DNA from: Ginkgo biloba
Lineage: Eukaryota > Plantae > Ginkgophyta
DNA: 23,675 bases
Direction of reading: 5' to 3'
Assembly: GCA_024626585.2 (NCBI GenBank)
Contig: JANKJI020000004.1
Location: 48,638,692-48,662,366 of the forward strand
In this document: piece by piece, positions 1 through 11,377 of the stretch
Layout of the letters: the number at the start of each line of letters is the position of its first letter
Position numbering within the stretch: the stretch's first letter is position 1
Notes under the pieces: model-generated
Told to the model about the DNA's origin: nothing
Database searches by the model: none
What the model saw: the letters and a program-made list of their open reading frames with translations, nothing else
Translations under genes and position numbers: made by a program

Positions 1-1382
1 AAGACACTATAATTCCATGCTTTTTTGCACCAAAAAATATTAAATTAAGTCATGATATTTTAAAAAATTCATCTAATTTCAAGTCTAAAAGCTCTTAAAA
101 GGTGTAATCAAAGTTTACCTAAAATTTAGCTCTTTTTTGAGTTGTTTAGAAAGGTTTCAAAAGAAGTGATAGATTTGGTTGAAAATTTGATAAGTTATTT
201 TAGATTTTTCCATAAATCCTTAGATTAGACATAAAGGAAAATGGTTTAAAAAAAAAAATGATAACTTAGCTCCCATACATCCTTAGAAATATTAATACAA
301 ACTCAATTGGATTTTGGATTCTTTTCTAAGGGTGTGATGATATTACCACATTTTCAACATGAAATTCATCATATTTTTTTAGAGGGGGAATATATTTTGA
401 ATGTTCAAATTTTCCTACCAAAATTTATATAATAAGTATCAAAATTGGTTTTTATATCACCTCATAATCACTCCTTGTAGATAACCCAATTTTTGGGGTT
501 AATTTTATGGTTTTCACAAGTCTATGATAGAATTAGAGCTATTTTCACCATTTTTTTAGTTGTTTGTAAAATTTTCTTGCATGGTTAGAATGATCATTTG
601 AGATAGTGAAAATAGAAAAAAAATTTAACCACATTTGTACTTTCAAAGCTCATTTAGCATTACAGATAATTTGGTTGTAATTTTAAATCCAAATTTTAAG
701 ATGTAAGTAGAAAAAGCTACATGTTTGGGAGGAGTTGTTAATTTTTCCTAGATATTTGTTTGCATATTTAGGTAGATAAAATTATACCAATCAACTTCAA
801 TATAAAGAATACCAAATTTGACTACTCAGTGACTCCATAACAACTTTAAGAAGGTAGGCCTTTTAAGCCAATCTTACAAGAGCAAGTGGTATAATGGTTA
901 ATTTATGTCTTGATACTAAGTAAGATATTTGAAATGTTAGAAACATTTAGGGAAATTATACATGTGGATCTTCATATTGTATTTAAGACAAGTAAAAAAG
1001 AGTTAAAAGAGGATCTTCACAAAGTATTTCATAAAGTAAAGGATGAATGAAGAAAAAGACGATGAGAAAGTATAAGAAGATGATGAAAGAGATATTATAG
1101 GTGAAATACATAGAGAAGAGGAAGATGTAAAAAGAAATTCTTCTCCCAACATTGTGCCCATTATGTGTGGTATTTTGTATTGATAAAATTGAGTTGTCAT
1201 ACAACCCTTTTCGACCTCCATTCAAGGGAAATATGACTTTCTTAAGTTTGGTAGTTTTCTAGTCATGCTAACACATGGCCATATAGAGGTTGGGTTCCTT
1301 CAATTCTTACATACCATTAACCCAAAAGTTGGCACATGACAAGAAGAGGTTGGCCTAGTCTATAATAGTAGGCGAAGAGGAC

Positions 1383-1665
1383 CTTAAATCCGCAGTGTTG
1401 GGTGTAAAACATCAAAATTTGCCCTTCTAAATATCTTAAAAAATGAATAATTCCATTCTTTAAAATTCTATTGTAGACACAAGGGCTACTCACAACATAA
1501 TTCCTTACACAGTTTTGAATGCATTGGGGTTGGAATGCGCTCCTACTGATCAAATAATAAGGGAGGTGGATGCTAAAACTTTAGTTGGAGTGGGAGAAAT
1601 AAAATACCTGGTTATGAAAGTGGTTATGGATTCTAGGGTAACGACGATCATCTTCTTGGTGGTAG
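1383..1665 (+). pseudogene. Ty3/Gypsy retropepsin (aspartic protease) remnant at the gag-pol junction, truncated by an N gap
   Basis: Frame +3 reads LPF*IS*KMNNSIL*NSIVDTRATHNIIPYTVLNALGLECAPTDQIIREVDAKTLVGVGEIKYLVMKV. The DTR at 1476-1484 corresponds to catalytic DTG after one G>A change and is followed by A-T-H-N-I-I-P and LGL as in Gypsy proteases. A purine-rich acidic stretch (about 1000-1140) lies upstream, as in gag tails. Confidence 0.8.
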
Positions 1666-1765
1666 NNNNNNNNNNNNNNNNNNNNNNNNNNNNNNNNNNN
1701 NNNNNNNNNNNNNNNNNNNNNNNNNNNNNNNNNNNNNNNNNNNNNNNNNNNNNNNNNNNNNNNNN

Positions 1766-3078
1766 CCTATAATTGGAAGAGGTTTGGCTTGGAAGATTGG
1801 TAATGGGGCCAAGGTAAGATTGGGGGAGGATCCCTGGGTGGGGAGCTCCTTAGAATACAAGCTTCCCAATCATATGATACAAAGATTAAAGGATAGAGGG
1901 ATTTTCAAGGTATCCCAAATTGCAAATCTAGATTATTCTAATCTCTGGGGACAAGGGTGGTTAATAGTTGATCATTTGGATTTTAGAGGTAATGATGCCA
2001 TTGATTGAGGGGTTTATGTAGCCCGATTAAAGTCTAGTCATGTTAGCTTATTGGAGAGAGATGATGAACTAGTCTAGATTAAGACTCCCTTGGGGGTGTA
2101 TAATCTAAAAGTTGGTTATCTTATGTTAAATAAGGTTGAGGCCTACGTCATACCTGTTTGGTGGTAGAGAAAATTTTAGTAATTTTGGTGCCCCTCTAAA
2201 TCTTGTATTTTTATGTGGTTCCTCTTGAACAATAAATTTTTAACTTGGGACAATCTACCAAAAAGAAATAAAGCTGGACCTGGGAGATGTCCATTATGTA
2301 AAGAAAGTGTAGAGACCAATAACCATCTTATCATGGAATGTAAATACTCTTTGCAGTTTTGGAGTGGAAGTTCTATTGAAGAAGGATTAAGGGCTTGGTG
2401 CAGTAATCCTAGATTGAAATCACTTAAAGCGCTGCAAGTGATCTTAGCATGGGGTATTTGGTTGGCTAGGAATGCTAGTATATTTAAAGATAGGAAAACC
2501 TTCCCTTTTCAGTGTGCAATATAGGATCTTAGTATCTTAAAGAGTTTTCCATAGTTGAAGCAAGACAAACCTCCTAGGAAGATTGTGATAGAGTATGTGA
2601 ACATTGATGGTGCTTAGGCCTTTTTTGATGGAGCAGCTTAGGGTGAACCATAAATATGTGGGGAAAGGAAATCCTTTATATTAATGATTCACACATTATA
2701 AAGTACAGGGCAATTTTGGGTAAAGGAACTAATAACTATGCTGAGTTGATGCCTCTCAAAATCCTTCTCTTATTGGTGGGTGAAAAGGGGATTTCTAGAA
2801 TATAATTTCTTAGTGACTCTTTGCTTATGATCAAGTGGATGAGGAAGGAACAGAATTGCTTAAATTTCCTATTATAACCCCTGATGGAATAAATACAAGG
2901 GCCTTGTACTATTTTTAACAACATATCTTTCTTTCATGTGTACAGAGAAAGGAACATAGTTGTTGATGCTCTATCTAAAGTAGGGATACAAATGATAAAT
3001 GGACAGTGGTGCCTATAGAAGGAACAAGAGGGAATGGTTGTTGAGTACTATCATCCACCCTTTCATGATAGTCTTTAA
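1766..3078 (+). pseudogene. LINE ORF2 C-terminal half: post-RT region, zf-RVT zinc finger and RNase H (RVT_3-like), with many stops and one frameshift
   Basis: Frame +2 reads LAWKIGNGAKVRLGEDPW...DDELV*...CPSKSCIFMWFLLNNKFLTWDNL...RCPLCKESVETNNHLIMEC...WGIWLARNASIF...AFFDGAA (D at 2627). After a frameshift near 2670, frame +1 reads GKGTNNYAEL...LSDSLLMI...HVYRERNIVVDALSK...EYYHPPF. The D-E-D-D RNase H catalytic set is visible. Confidence 0.93.
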
Positions 3079-3408
3079 CATATGATAATTTTGGCTAAAG
3101 GAAGATTCTATTTTTTCATCGTATATATTTATGAGGCTATATTTTTATGAGCCATATTATTAAAGGGTTTTTTATTAAAAGGGGCAATTTTTTTACTGAA
3201 TGTTGTGAGTTCCATATAATATTATATGAGAAGATTTACCATTTTTTATTAAAAATGATGAAGGATAGTGACTATAGTGAGAAATTAATGATGTAATGTT
3301 GTAAGTAAGTTAGGGACCTTCTAACCTATTAGGGATCATTTTTGTATTTGAAAAGTTGTTAAGTGTAATGCTGACATAGCATCTAAAAAATATAATTTTG
3401 TTCATTGT

Positions 3409-3447
3409 AATAAAATTATGATTTTTTTTTCACGAAAAAAAAAAAAA
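3409..3447 (+). terminator. LINE polyadenylation signal and retrotransposed poly(A) tail
   Basis: AATAAA at 3409-3414, then 20 nt, then a run of 13 A, all downstream of the ORF2 stop. Confidence 0.75.
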
Positions 3448-4905
3448 TAATAATTGACTATTAAAGTATTTAATACAAGATAGCGTAGGTATGTCTTTTT
3501 ATTTGGTGAATGGCCTTTATTTAAAACTTAAAACATTACAAAGCAAGGAATGGATGAGGATTCATTCAACACTTCTTTTAATATATGTCATCATAATAGA
3601 ATTATTATACATCAACTAATATTATTTATTTAAAGGCTTATTAATGTAGTGTTACCAATAATGGCAATGAATCTTGGTACACTTATTGAGTTGTTATATA
3701 TATGCATTACAAATTCTTTGTGAACCATCATTGATATATCAAGCATTCTATGATTCCAACTCTTATCTTTTCTTATTCTCAATCAATACATATTTGTATG
3801 AATAGTGATGACTATTATCTGTAACAACATTAAAGGTTATAATGGCTTATTTCGTGTTGGAGACCAAAGACTCCCTTTATACCTTACATGGTCCAAAAAA
3901 TGTCTTAGTTGTTAAATCCTTTGTAATCTACTAGCAGGTGTAATCATATTTGAAAGAGTGTTCATCCTCTCCAAGCTTAGCTAACAAAATACAAGCTTGA
4001 TAGATATCAGATAGAATACTTGATCTAAATTAGATTGTTATTTTAGATGAGACCTCTAAATAGTGTATATATAGAAATCAACACGATGATGAAAAAAATT
4101 ATTTTCTATTGGACCTTATATGGCTGACAATTGTAAAATTGTTTACCCATCTTGTAATTTTAAGATCTTGTTATTTCATTCTATCTGTATATATTTTGAA
4201 TATCCGTCATGAATACTGTACTCTTATTTTTTATAATTATGAATATATGCTCTCATTTTAAAAAACAAAAGAGAGAGATTTGATCCATATCATCTTTACT
4301 TGGTTCTATTTCCTTTCTTTGTCTAAACAATATTGAGTTCTTCCCATATTAGTTATTAATTTGTATGTTTTGTACAACTTATGTAGAAATAATATTTCAT
4401 TCAAAAAGAAGATTGTCACATAATATTTGCATTGATCCATACATATCAATAAGGAATGACGAAATAGACTCCTATTATGGGTGGAAATCCCCCCATGCTA
4501 TTAGATGAAAATAAAGGAATGCCTACAATTCCCAGATAAGTTTTTTAATTATTATATTTTAACACCTGGTTAGTTGGACATGGGTTTTCTTACCCATGGA
4601 AAATAATTACCACCCATCAGTTATTGAATGCATTTAATATTGGTATATAATAAGGATTTTAAATTATTTATTGCTTATAAAGGATTTTTAAATGTTGATG
4701 TTATTTTCAAAATTGAATTGAATTTTCAATTTTCAATACATTTAATAACAATTTGACCAATTTGAATATTAAGATATTATTATCAAATATTAGATGTGAT
4801 TGATAAATTTTATATGGAGTGGTCAGATGTGCCTATTTTTTCAATATATAAACTAGATAATAAAGTCTATAAGACTTTCTACCAGTACTTGTATTATACA
4901 CATTA

Positions 4906-4925
4906 ACACACACACACACACACAC
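4906..4925. repeat. (AC)10 microsatellite
   Basis: Perfect dinucleotide run read directly from the sequence. Confidence 0.97.
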
Positions 4926-5485
4926 TTTTTTTAATGATATAATTAAATAATAAAATCTATGAAATATTTATATCACTACTTATATAAAATATATCATTAA
5001 TTAATTATTATTATAATTTATTCAAGTAAANNNNNNNNNNNNNNNNNNNNNNNNNNNNNNNNNNNNNNNNNNNNNNNNNNNNNNNNNNNNNNNNNNNNNN
5101 NNNNNNNNNNNNNNNNNNATTCATTCTAAGTGCAAGGACAATTATAGAGTACAAAAAGATCACCTAAATCAAACCAACTTGGTGTAAAGAGCCATGAATA
5201 CTAAACTTGAGACTACCTTGACACTGCAACAACTATATAAAAGACTAACTAATTATACAAAACTAGTATAAGAAGGCATTCTACCAAATAAAAAATGGCA
5301 TATGAAAAGACAATCGATATAGTCACAAATGACTATGCAAAAATAAGATTTACATAACATCTATAATTAGCTTACTATCTACATTTGTCCTGCTGAGTAG
5401 CGATCTAATTCACAGTCCATCTATGCACAATAATATAGCAATTTGGTTGCCTATTAATAATGTATGGAAAATAAGTATATAGAAG

Positions 5486-6393
5486 TTATTCTTTGTTGAC
5501 ATCAACACCCTCAATTTTGTGTTGTTTGTATGCACTTGGCAAAGTTGTTGTTGGTTTCTTTGGCATTTCATTGTTAGTAGTGGACTCCTCTATCTGATAA
5601 CTATCTGCNNNNNNNNNNNNNNNNNNNNNNNNNNNNNNNNNNNNNNNNNNNNNNNNNNNNNNNNNNNNNNNNNNNNNNNNNNNNNNNNNNNNNNNNNNNN
5701 NNNNNNNNAGGACAAAATTTCCTTCCATCTCCAACGAATCAAAACCAAAAAACATTTATACACATTTTCATAAATTATAGCTAGCTGAAAATAAAGCATT
5801 TAAGCACAAAAGCTCACATTTTCAAAAGAAGTCATGTACATGCACATTATGTAAAACTTGCATAGGCTAAAAGGAGCATCTTTGAACAAAATCTTGACCA
5901 TGAATGACCATTAGTTGCATGGTTGATAGTAATTGATTGTTANNNNNNNNNNNNNNNCTACTACATCACCACTCCTTTTTCAGAAAAATGACCTAATTGC
6001 AAATTTTTCCAATGTAGAAAGAATATGGGATTATGACCCAATTTACAGTGGATAAAAATCATAAACTTCCAATTTATTTCCTCCTTTTACTCTTCTTATG
6101 TCCCTTCTTAAATTTACCTTTCTTCTTGCTTTGATTGCTTTCCAACTCTGTTGCTTCAACATTATCAACAATTTTGTGTTGTTCATTGTCATTTGTTATA
6201 AAGTTGAACCTATCTTGGTATTCGTGTAACTTCATCGAAATAAGACCTATAGCCTCCTCTTTAAGCCATTGAATGTTGTTCTCTTCATGCTACTTATGCC
6301 TGCAAAATTGTGGGTAGCTCATATTAGTTTCCATAAACAAATGCCATTTACCTAGGCCATTTAAATCAATATGCTTCATCATCTTAACAAAAG
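5486..6393 (-). pseudogene. Putative spliced gene relic (exons 6393-6352, 6299-6118, 5604-5486), product unknown
   Basis: Acceptors are ttttctag, ttttgcag and gcag; donors are AG|gtaaat and AAG|gtaaat. Exon phases join into one frame: FC*DDEAY*FKWPRHK*HEENNIQWLKEEAIGLISMKLHEYQDRF...EQHKIVDNVEATELESNQSKKK/DSYQIEES...KQHKIEGVDVNKE*. The first intron is only 52 nt and gaps interrupt the second. Confidence 0.4.
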
Positions 6394-6480
6394 CTAGAAA
6401 AATGCACCACATAAATATTTTATTACTTCATACATAAAATCACACAATTTCGCAAATACTTAGTCTTCTAGGAGAGAGAA

Positions 6481-7417
6481 CCCTTTAGAAGAGGCCTCAA
6501 TGTAACCTACCAACAAAAAATTGTGTTGACACGAGGATTCCTAGCCACTAAATTGGACAAGCCTTGCACCACCTAATAGGGGAAAGTTTGAGCAGAGAAG
6601 GTGTTACAATGTTGGCATAGCTCTGCAATAGAAACCTTCATACACAGAGAGTTTGACCTGAGCTAACAGAGGAATTATCATTACACCCTCAACCAAAAGA
6701 AGCTATTAGAGATCTGCTTTATGGTTGAGGAACAGTTCTTGCCCAAGCTTCCCTTAGCTCCTACCCTAAGCAACAGAAGGGAATGGAATTGGCAAGATGA
6801 GCCCTCAATAAAAAAGTCAAACAACTATAATCCTTGTATAAAAAACCATCTCCTAACCCTTATCACTATTGTATCTTGAGATATCCACAGGAACAACTAA
6901 CCAAGTTTCCATAGTAAATGAAAAATGGAATCTTGATAGCAAAGAGTGGATACTGGAACATGTTCAAATGCATAAAGAACAAATCATCCTGGAAAATTCT
7001 CTTAATTCCTAACTATAAATTGTAGATTGGGGTCAATAGGGATATGGGGTGGAGAGTGTGAATCCTACAGGACTGACAAGACTACAAAAGATGTATTTTA
7101 GTTGTCTGGTGTCTAAATCCTTCCCCATGCTTCCTTGGATCAAAAGTCTGTCATGTAAAAGTGCTTGCCACAATGCTAATACCAAATCTATGTTGCCAAT
7201 GCAAGCAGATTTTGAGGCACTCAAGAAAGCAATTTACGAGGTCCCAACCAATCAAAAGGTCTTGAAATACCTAGCCAATAGAATTCAATATTTAATGTCT
7301 AAAGTAGACTTGTCCAAAGTATCCCAAGTTGCCAAAGGAAATGAAGATCTGATATAGAGGGTCCAAAGATAGGTGTCTGAGCTATGTTTTGAACTTGAGA
7401 CAAAATGGCCATGTTGA
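6481..7417 (+). pseudogene. Decayed ORF of about 310 codons, family not recognised (probably a transposon accessory ORF)
   Basis: Frame +1 over about 6481-6860 has 4 stops, and frame +2 over about 6857-7417 has 5 internal stops and contains the listed 102-aa ORF. Each stop is one transition from a Gln, Arg or Trp codon. GC is higher than in the flanks. Confidence 0.45.
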
Positions 7418-7886
7418 AGTGTTTGCAAATCTGATTTTCAAGGAAGTTAAAAATGATGTTGTTTCATTAGACCCTATGTCATTTTGTTTCCAGCTCTTGG
7501 GGGCAGTGAGCAAGATGGAATTTTGTCATACGCAAAAGTCTAATGTTTTAAATATGGGTTCTAGTTGTAAACAATAGTTTGTGACAACTTGTATACTACA
7601 GACATGTTATTTTGCAACTTACATGGAAATGTAAATTCTCTGATTAGTAGTAGAAACCAGAATTAGAAAAGTCTCACTATTGTCTTGCGTCCCTTCCATG
7701 ACGGCAGGACTGAAATTTGACAAGGATGGTGTAGCGACTGGAATGAAAAAGCTGATCCATAATTGCTCGTTTTCTCGTCTATAATGCTAACATAGAATGC
7801 TTTAACTTTCAACTTTTGTTCTATTCATAATTTCTGCATTGGTCGAAAGAAATAAGAAATTTGCGCATTTAGTAACGTCTTCGATG

Positions 7887-7991
7887 AAATTGTACAAAGC
7901 GATGGAAACAGTTGATTTTTCAACGCGGCAATGGAAAAAATTACAAATTGTACAAAGCGATGGGAACAGTTGATTTTTCAACGCGGCAATG
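7887..7991. repeat. 47-bp direct repeat, 2 copies, period 58, with an internal palindrome
   Basis: AAATTGTACAAAGCGATGG(A/G)AACAGTTGATTTTTCAACGCGGCAATG at 7887-7933 and 7945-7991, one mismatch. Contains GTTGA-TTTT-TCAAC. Confidence 0.95.
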
Positions 7992-9097
7992 CGAAAATAA
8001 AAACTAGCATCATTTTAAAAAGATTGGGAATTATAACAAAAATTAATTCAATGCTTTTTAACCCTCAATTTTAACAAGTGAACTTGCATTGTAGTATAGT
8101 CCCACACGCTTTACACCTTCTTGCATTGTGTTGTTGATATAGTTTCAACTTTTATTTATTTATTATGTAAATTTTTATAAGTCCCAACAACTTTGATTAA
8201 TGGGACCCCTTAAGTAACTACTAATTAGAGGCCTAATAACTCACTCCTTAATTTTTAAGTATGNNNNNNNNNNNNNNNNNNNNNNNNNAAATTTAAAAAG
8301 TAATTGAATTAAAAAATGATTCTTTAAATTTTATAAAAAAATTAAGTTTTTATAAATGTCTGAGTGAAAAAATACATTATTATTATTTAGTTTTTCAAAA
8401 TTGTTGGATTTTTTTTTAAGCAAATCCAAATTATATTTAAAAGTGCTAGAAAGGAATACATAATTTTCATGGAAGAAGTTCAAAGAAAATAATTAAAAAA
8501 TAAAGTAATCACNNNNNNNNNNNNNNNNNNNNNNNNNNNNNNNNNNNNNNNNNNNNNNNNNNNNNNNNNNNNNNNNNNNNNNNNNNNNNNNNNNNNNNNN
8601 NNNNNNNNNNNNNNNNNNNNNNNNNNNNNNNNNNNNNNNNNNNNNNNNNNNNNNNNNNNNNNNNNNNNNNNNNNNNNNNNNNNNNNNNNNNNNNNNNNNN
8701 NNNNNNNNNNNNNNNNNNNNNNNNNNNNNNNNNNNNNNNNNNNNNNNNNNNNNNNNNNNNNNNNNNNNNNNNNNNNNNNNNNNNNNNNNNNNNNNNNNNN
8801 NNNNNNNNNNNNNNNNNNNNNNNNNNNNNNNNNNNNNNNNNNNNNNNNNNNNNNNNNNNNNNNNNNNNNNNNNNNNNNNNNNNNNNNNNNNNNNNNNNNN
8901 NNNNNNNNNNNNNNNNNNNNNNNNNNNNNNNNNNNNNNNNNNNNNNNNNNNNNNNNNNNNNNNNNNNNNNNNNNNNNNNNNNNNNNNNNNNNNNNNNNNN
9001 NNNNNNNNNNNNNNNNNNNNNNNNNNNNNNNNNNNNNNNNNNNNNNNNNNNNNNNNNNNNNNNNNNNNNNNNNNNNNNNNNNNNNNNNNNNNNNNNN

Positions 9098-9839
9098 GTT
9101 CTCTATTATGCTACTATGAATATTAGATGGATAATAGACTGTGTGCTTAAATGCTTGATTGAGTCTTGTAAACCCAATTATTATGGCACATGCATGCATG
9201 GTGTCATTGTGAGGACTGATATGATATCTGAGTTAGGGATTGTACTAACATGGCCTTGCCTTGGTGGCATTGATGTGGATTGCAAGTCCTTAGACCTGAC
9301 AACTAGGAGGAGGGGATTAGCAACCCGTGGTACTCCTGGGACGAGCACACAAATTGTATTGGTGTGCTAACACCTTACAATTGGTACCGTAAGTCCAACT
9401 TGGTTTGCACTAAGCCAATGTTCTTGAAAAGAAAGTGCAGGTATGATATAAGCTGTCAAGAGGAGGGGTATCTTGTTTATGGAGAGATGACCCTAGTGCT
9501 TAAATGAAAGATGGAGCCTTCGTCTTATCACTCTTCTCAGATGTAGGGGGTGGAATCAAACGGAGAGGCCATTTGGGACTGACAGTTATATGGCGTCGGA
9601 GGTTTGCATTGGAAACTATGGTTAAGTCCTCGAGGGGTCCTCATGGCTAGTAGTGGTGGCTTGTATATGACACAGTAACTTACCCCCTAGGTCCCTAGCG
9701 GTCTAGTCTGTTCTCCTGATTGCTTGATGTGTTGTGTGCCTATATTTGATCATGTTATTTCATTACTGAATTTTAATTTACTAAGTGGTTGGTTTGAAAG
9801 ACCGGACTGTTACTCATTTCAGGGCCCTATTTTGTTACA
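9098..9839 (+). mobile_element. Possible LTR fragment (3' part) abutting or inserted into a Gypsy gag-pro region
   Basis: Relatively GC-rich, largely non-coding block with a GT-rich U5-like tail ending in GTTACA (9834-9839), followed by an abrupt switch to A-rich gag/pro-like sequence. The left end is in a gap and no partner LTR is visible. Confidence 0.4.
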
Positions 9840-10103
9840 GTGCAAACATTTGCAAATTTGGTCTTGAGAAGTTCATCAAGGACAGCGATGAAGAGTGCCT
9901 CAAATTCATAATATGATCCTACACTCTCAAAAGCACGAAAACAACACTCTGAAAATTAAGGATTCTATTAAGAAATAAAAGACTTAAGAAGTAAAGCCAG
10001 AGAAGGATTTGTTGAGATTACCCAAAGAGCTAATAGTAGAAAGACTAGCTCTAATAACAATGGCAAAGTTATTTGAAGTGTATACAATTAGAAAATAAAA
10101 AAG

Positions 10104-10484
10104 ATGCAAAAGAATGCCAACATAATTGTTACACAGAAGGACATTGAACCTTTTGTTCAAGTCTTGGTTCAAGGCATCAAGATCAAGGATGTTATCATTG
10201 ACTTTGGGTCAGAAATCAATATAATCTCATTGGAAATATGGAAGGAAATAGGAAATTTTCAAATAATACATTCCAAAATAATAATAAGAATTGTTGACCA
10301 ACATCGAGTTACTTTGAAAGGAAAATTGATAAAGGTTAAGATATCTTGTGGAAGCTTAGAAGTGAAACAAGATTTTAAAGTGATTTCTTTACCTAATAAG
10401 GGGAACTCTTATAAAGTATTGTTGGGGAGGCCCTAGAAAGGATCCATAAGCCTTGCCTAGAAAAGGAGAAAACGAAGTTTAAGC
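10104..10484 (+). pseudogene. Ty3/Gypsy aspartic protease remnant
   Basis: Reads PFVQVLVQGIKIKDVIIDFGSEINIISLEIWKEIG...SYKVLLGRP*. DFG at 10200-10208 corresponds to DSG after one C>T change, and LLGRP followed by TAG corresponds to LLGRPW. Confidence 0.9.
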
Positions 10485-11268
10485 NNNNNNNNNNNNNNNN
10501 NNNNNNNNNNNNNNNNNNNNNNNNNNNNNNNNNNNNNNNNNNNNNNNNNNNNNNNNNNNNNNNNNNNNNNNNNNNNNNNNNNNNNNNNNNNNNNNNNNNN
10601 NNNNNNNNNNNNNNNNNNNNNNNNNNNNNNNNNNNNNNNNNNNNNNNNNNNNNNNNNNNNNNNNNNNNNNNNNNNNNNNNNNNNNNNNNNNNNNNNNNNN
10701 NNNNNNNNNNNNNNNNNNNNNNNNNNNNNNNNNNNNNNNNNNNNNNNNNNNNNNNNNNNNNNNNNNNNNNNNNNNNNNNNNNNNNNNNNNNNNNNNNNNN
10801 NNNNNNNNNNNNNNNNNNNNNNNNNNNNNNNNNNNNNNNNNNNNNNNNNNNNNNNNNNNNNNNNNNNNNNNNNNNNNNNNNNNNNNNNNNNNNNNNNNNN
10901 NNNNNNNNNNNNNNNNNNNNNNNNNNNNNNNNNNNNNNNNNNNNNNNNNNNNNNNNNNNNNNNNNNNNNNNNNNNNNNNNNNNNNNNNNNNNNNNNNNNN
11001 NNNNNNNNNNNNNNNNNNNNNNNNNNNNNNNNNNNNNNNNNNNNNNNNNNNNNNNNNNNNNNNNNNNNNNNNNNNNNNNNNNNNNNNNNNNNNNNNNNNN
11101 NNNNNNNNNNNNNNNNNNNNNNNNNNNNNNNNNNNNNNNNNNNNNNNNNNNNNNNNNNNNNNNNNNNNNNNNNNNNNNNNNNNNNNNNNNNNNNNNNNNN
11201 NNNNNNNNNNNNNNNNNNNNNNNNNNNNNNNNNNNNNNNNNNNNNNNNNNNNNNNNNNNNNNNNNNNN

Positions 11269-11377
11269 TGTGCAAATACTTTAGAAAAGTATTGTACTTT
11301 AATAATGAAATATTTGAAACATTGCACATTGAGTTCACAAGACATGTGCAAATACTTTAGAAAAGTATTGTACTTTA
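11269..11377. repeat. 33-bp perfect direct repeat, 2 copies, period 76, with a palindromic core, adjacent to a long gap
   Basis: TGTGCAAATACTTTAGAAAAGTATTGTACTTTA at 11269-11301 and 11345-11377; core AATACTTT-AGA-AAAGTATT. Confidence 0.95.

Larger units (their letters stand above)
1766..3447 (+). mobile_element. L1-clade LINE, 3' portion (ORF2 C-terminus, 3' UTR, poly(A)); 5' part lost in the gap
   Basis: ORF2 motifs in the expected order, a stop at 3076-3078, an AT-rich 3' UTR of about 350 nt, AATAAA at 3409-3414 and A13 at 3435-3447. Confidence 0.93.

Noticed and set aside
1-950. Possible DNA-transposon terminal region
   Set aside because: Very AT-rich with no TIR partner or diagnostic terminus that I could identify. 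The 3450-5030 region is likewise unassigned.
7887-7991. CRISPR-like or iteron array
   Set aside because: Two copies separated by 11 nt, consistent with a simple tandem duplication.
9382-9397. Primer-binding site TGGTACCGTAAG after TTACA
   Set aside because: Only a partial match to the Met-i (TGGTATCAGAGC) or Asp (TGGCGCCGTTGC) sites, and LTR-like sequence continues past it.
11269-11377. CRISPR array
   Set aside because: Only two copies are visible, there are no cas genes and the context is eukaryotic transposon debris. Kept only as a repeat.
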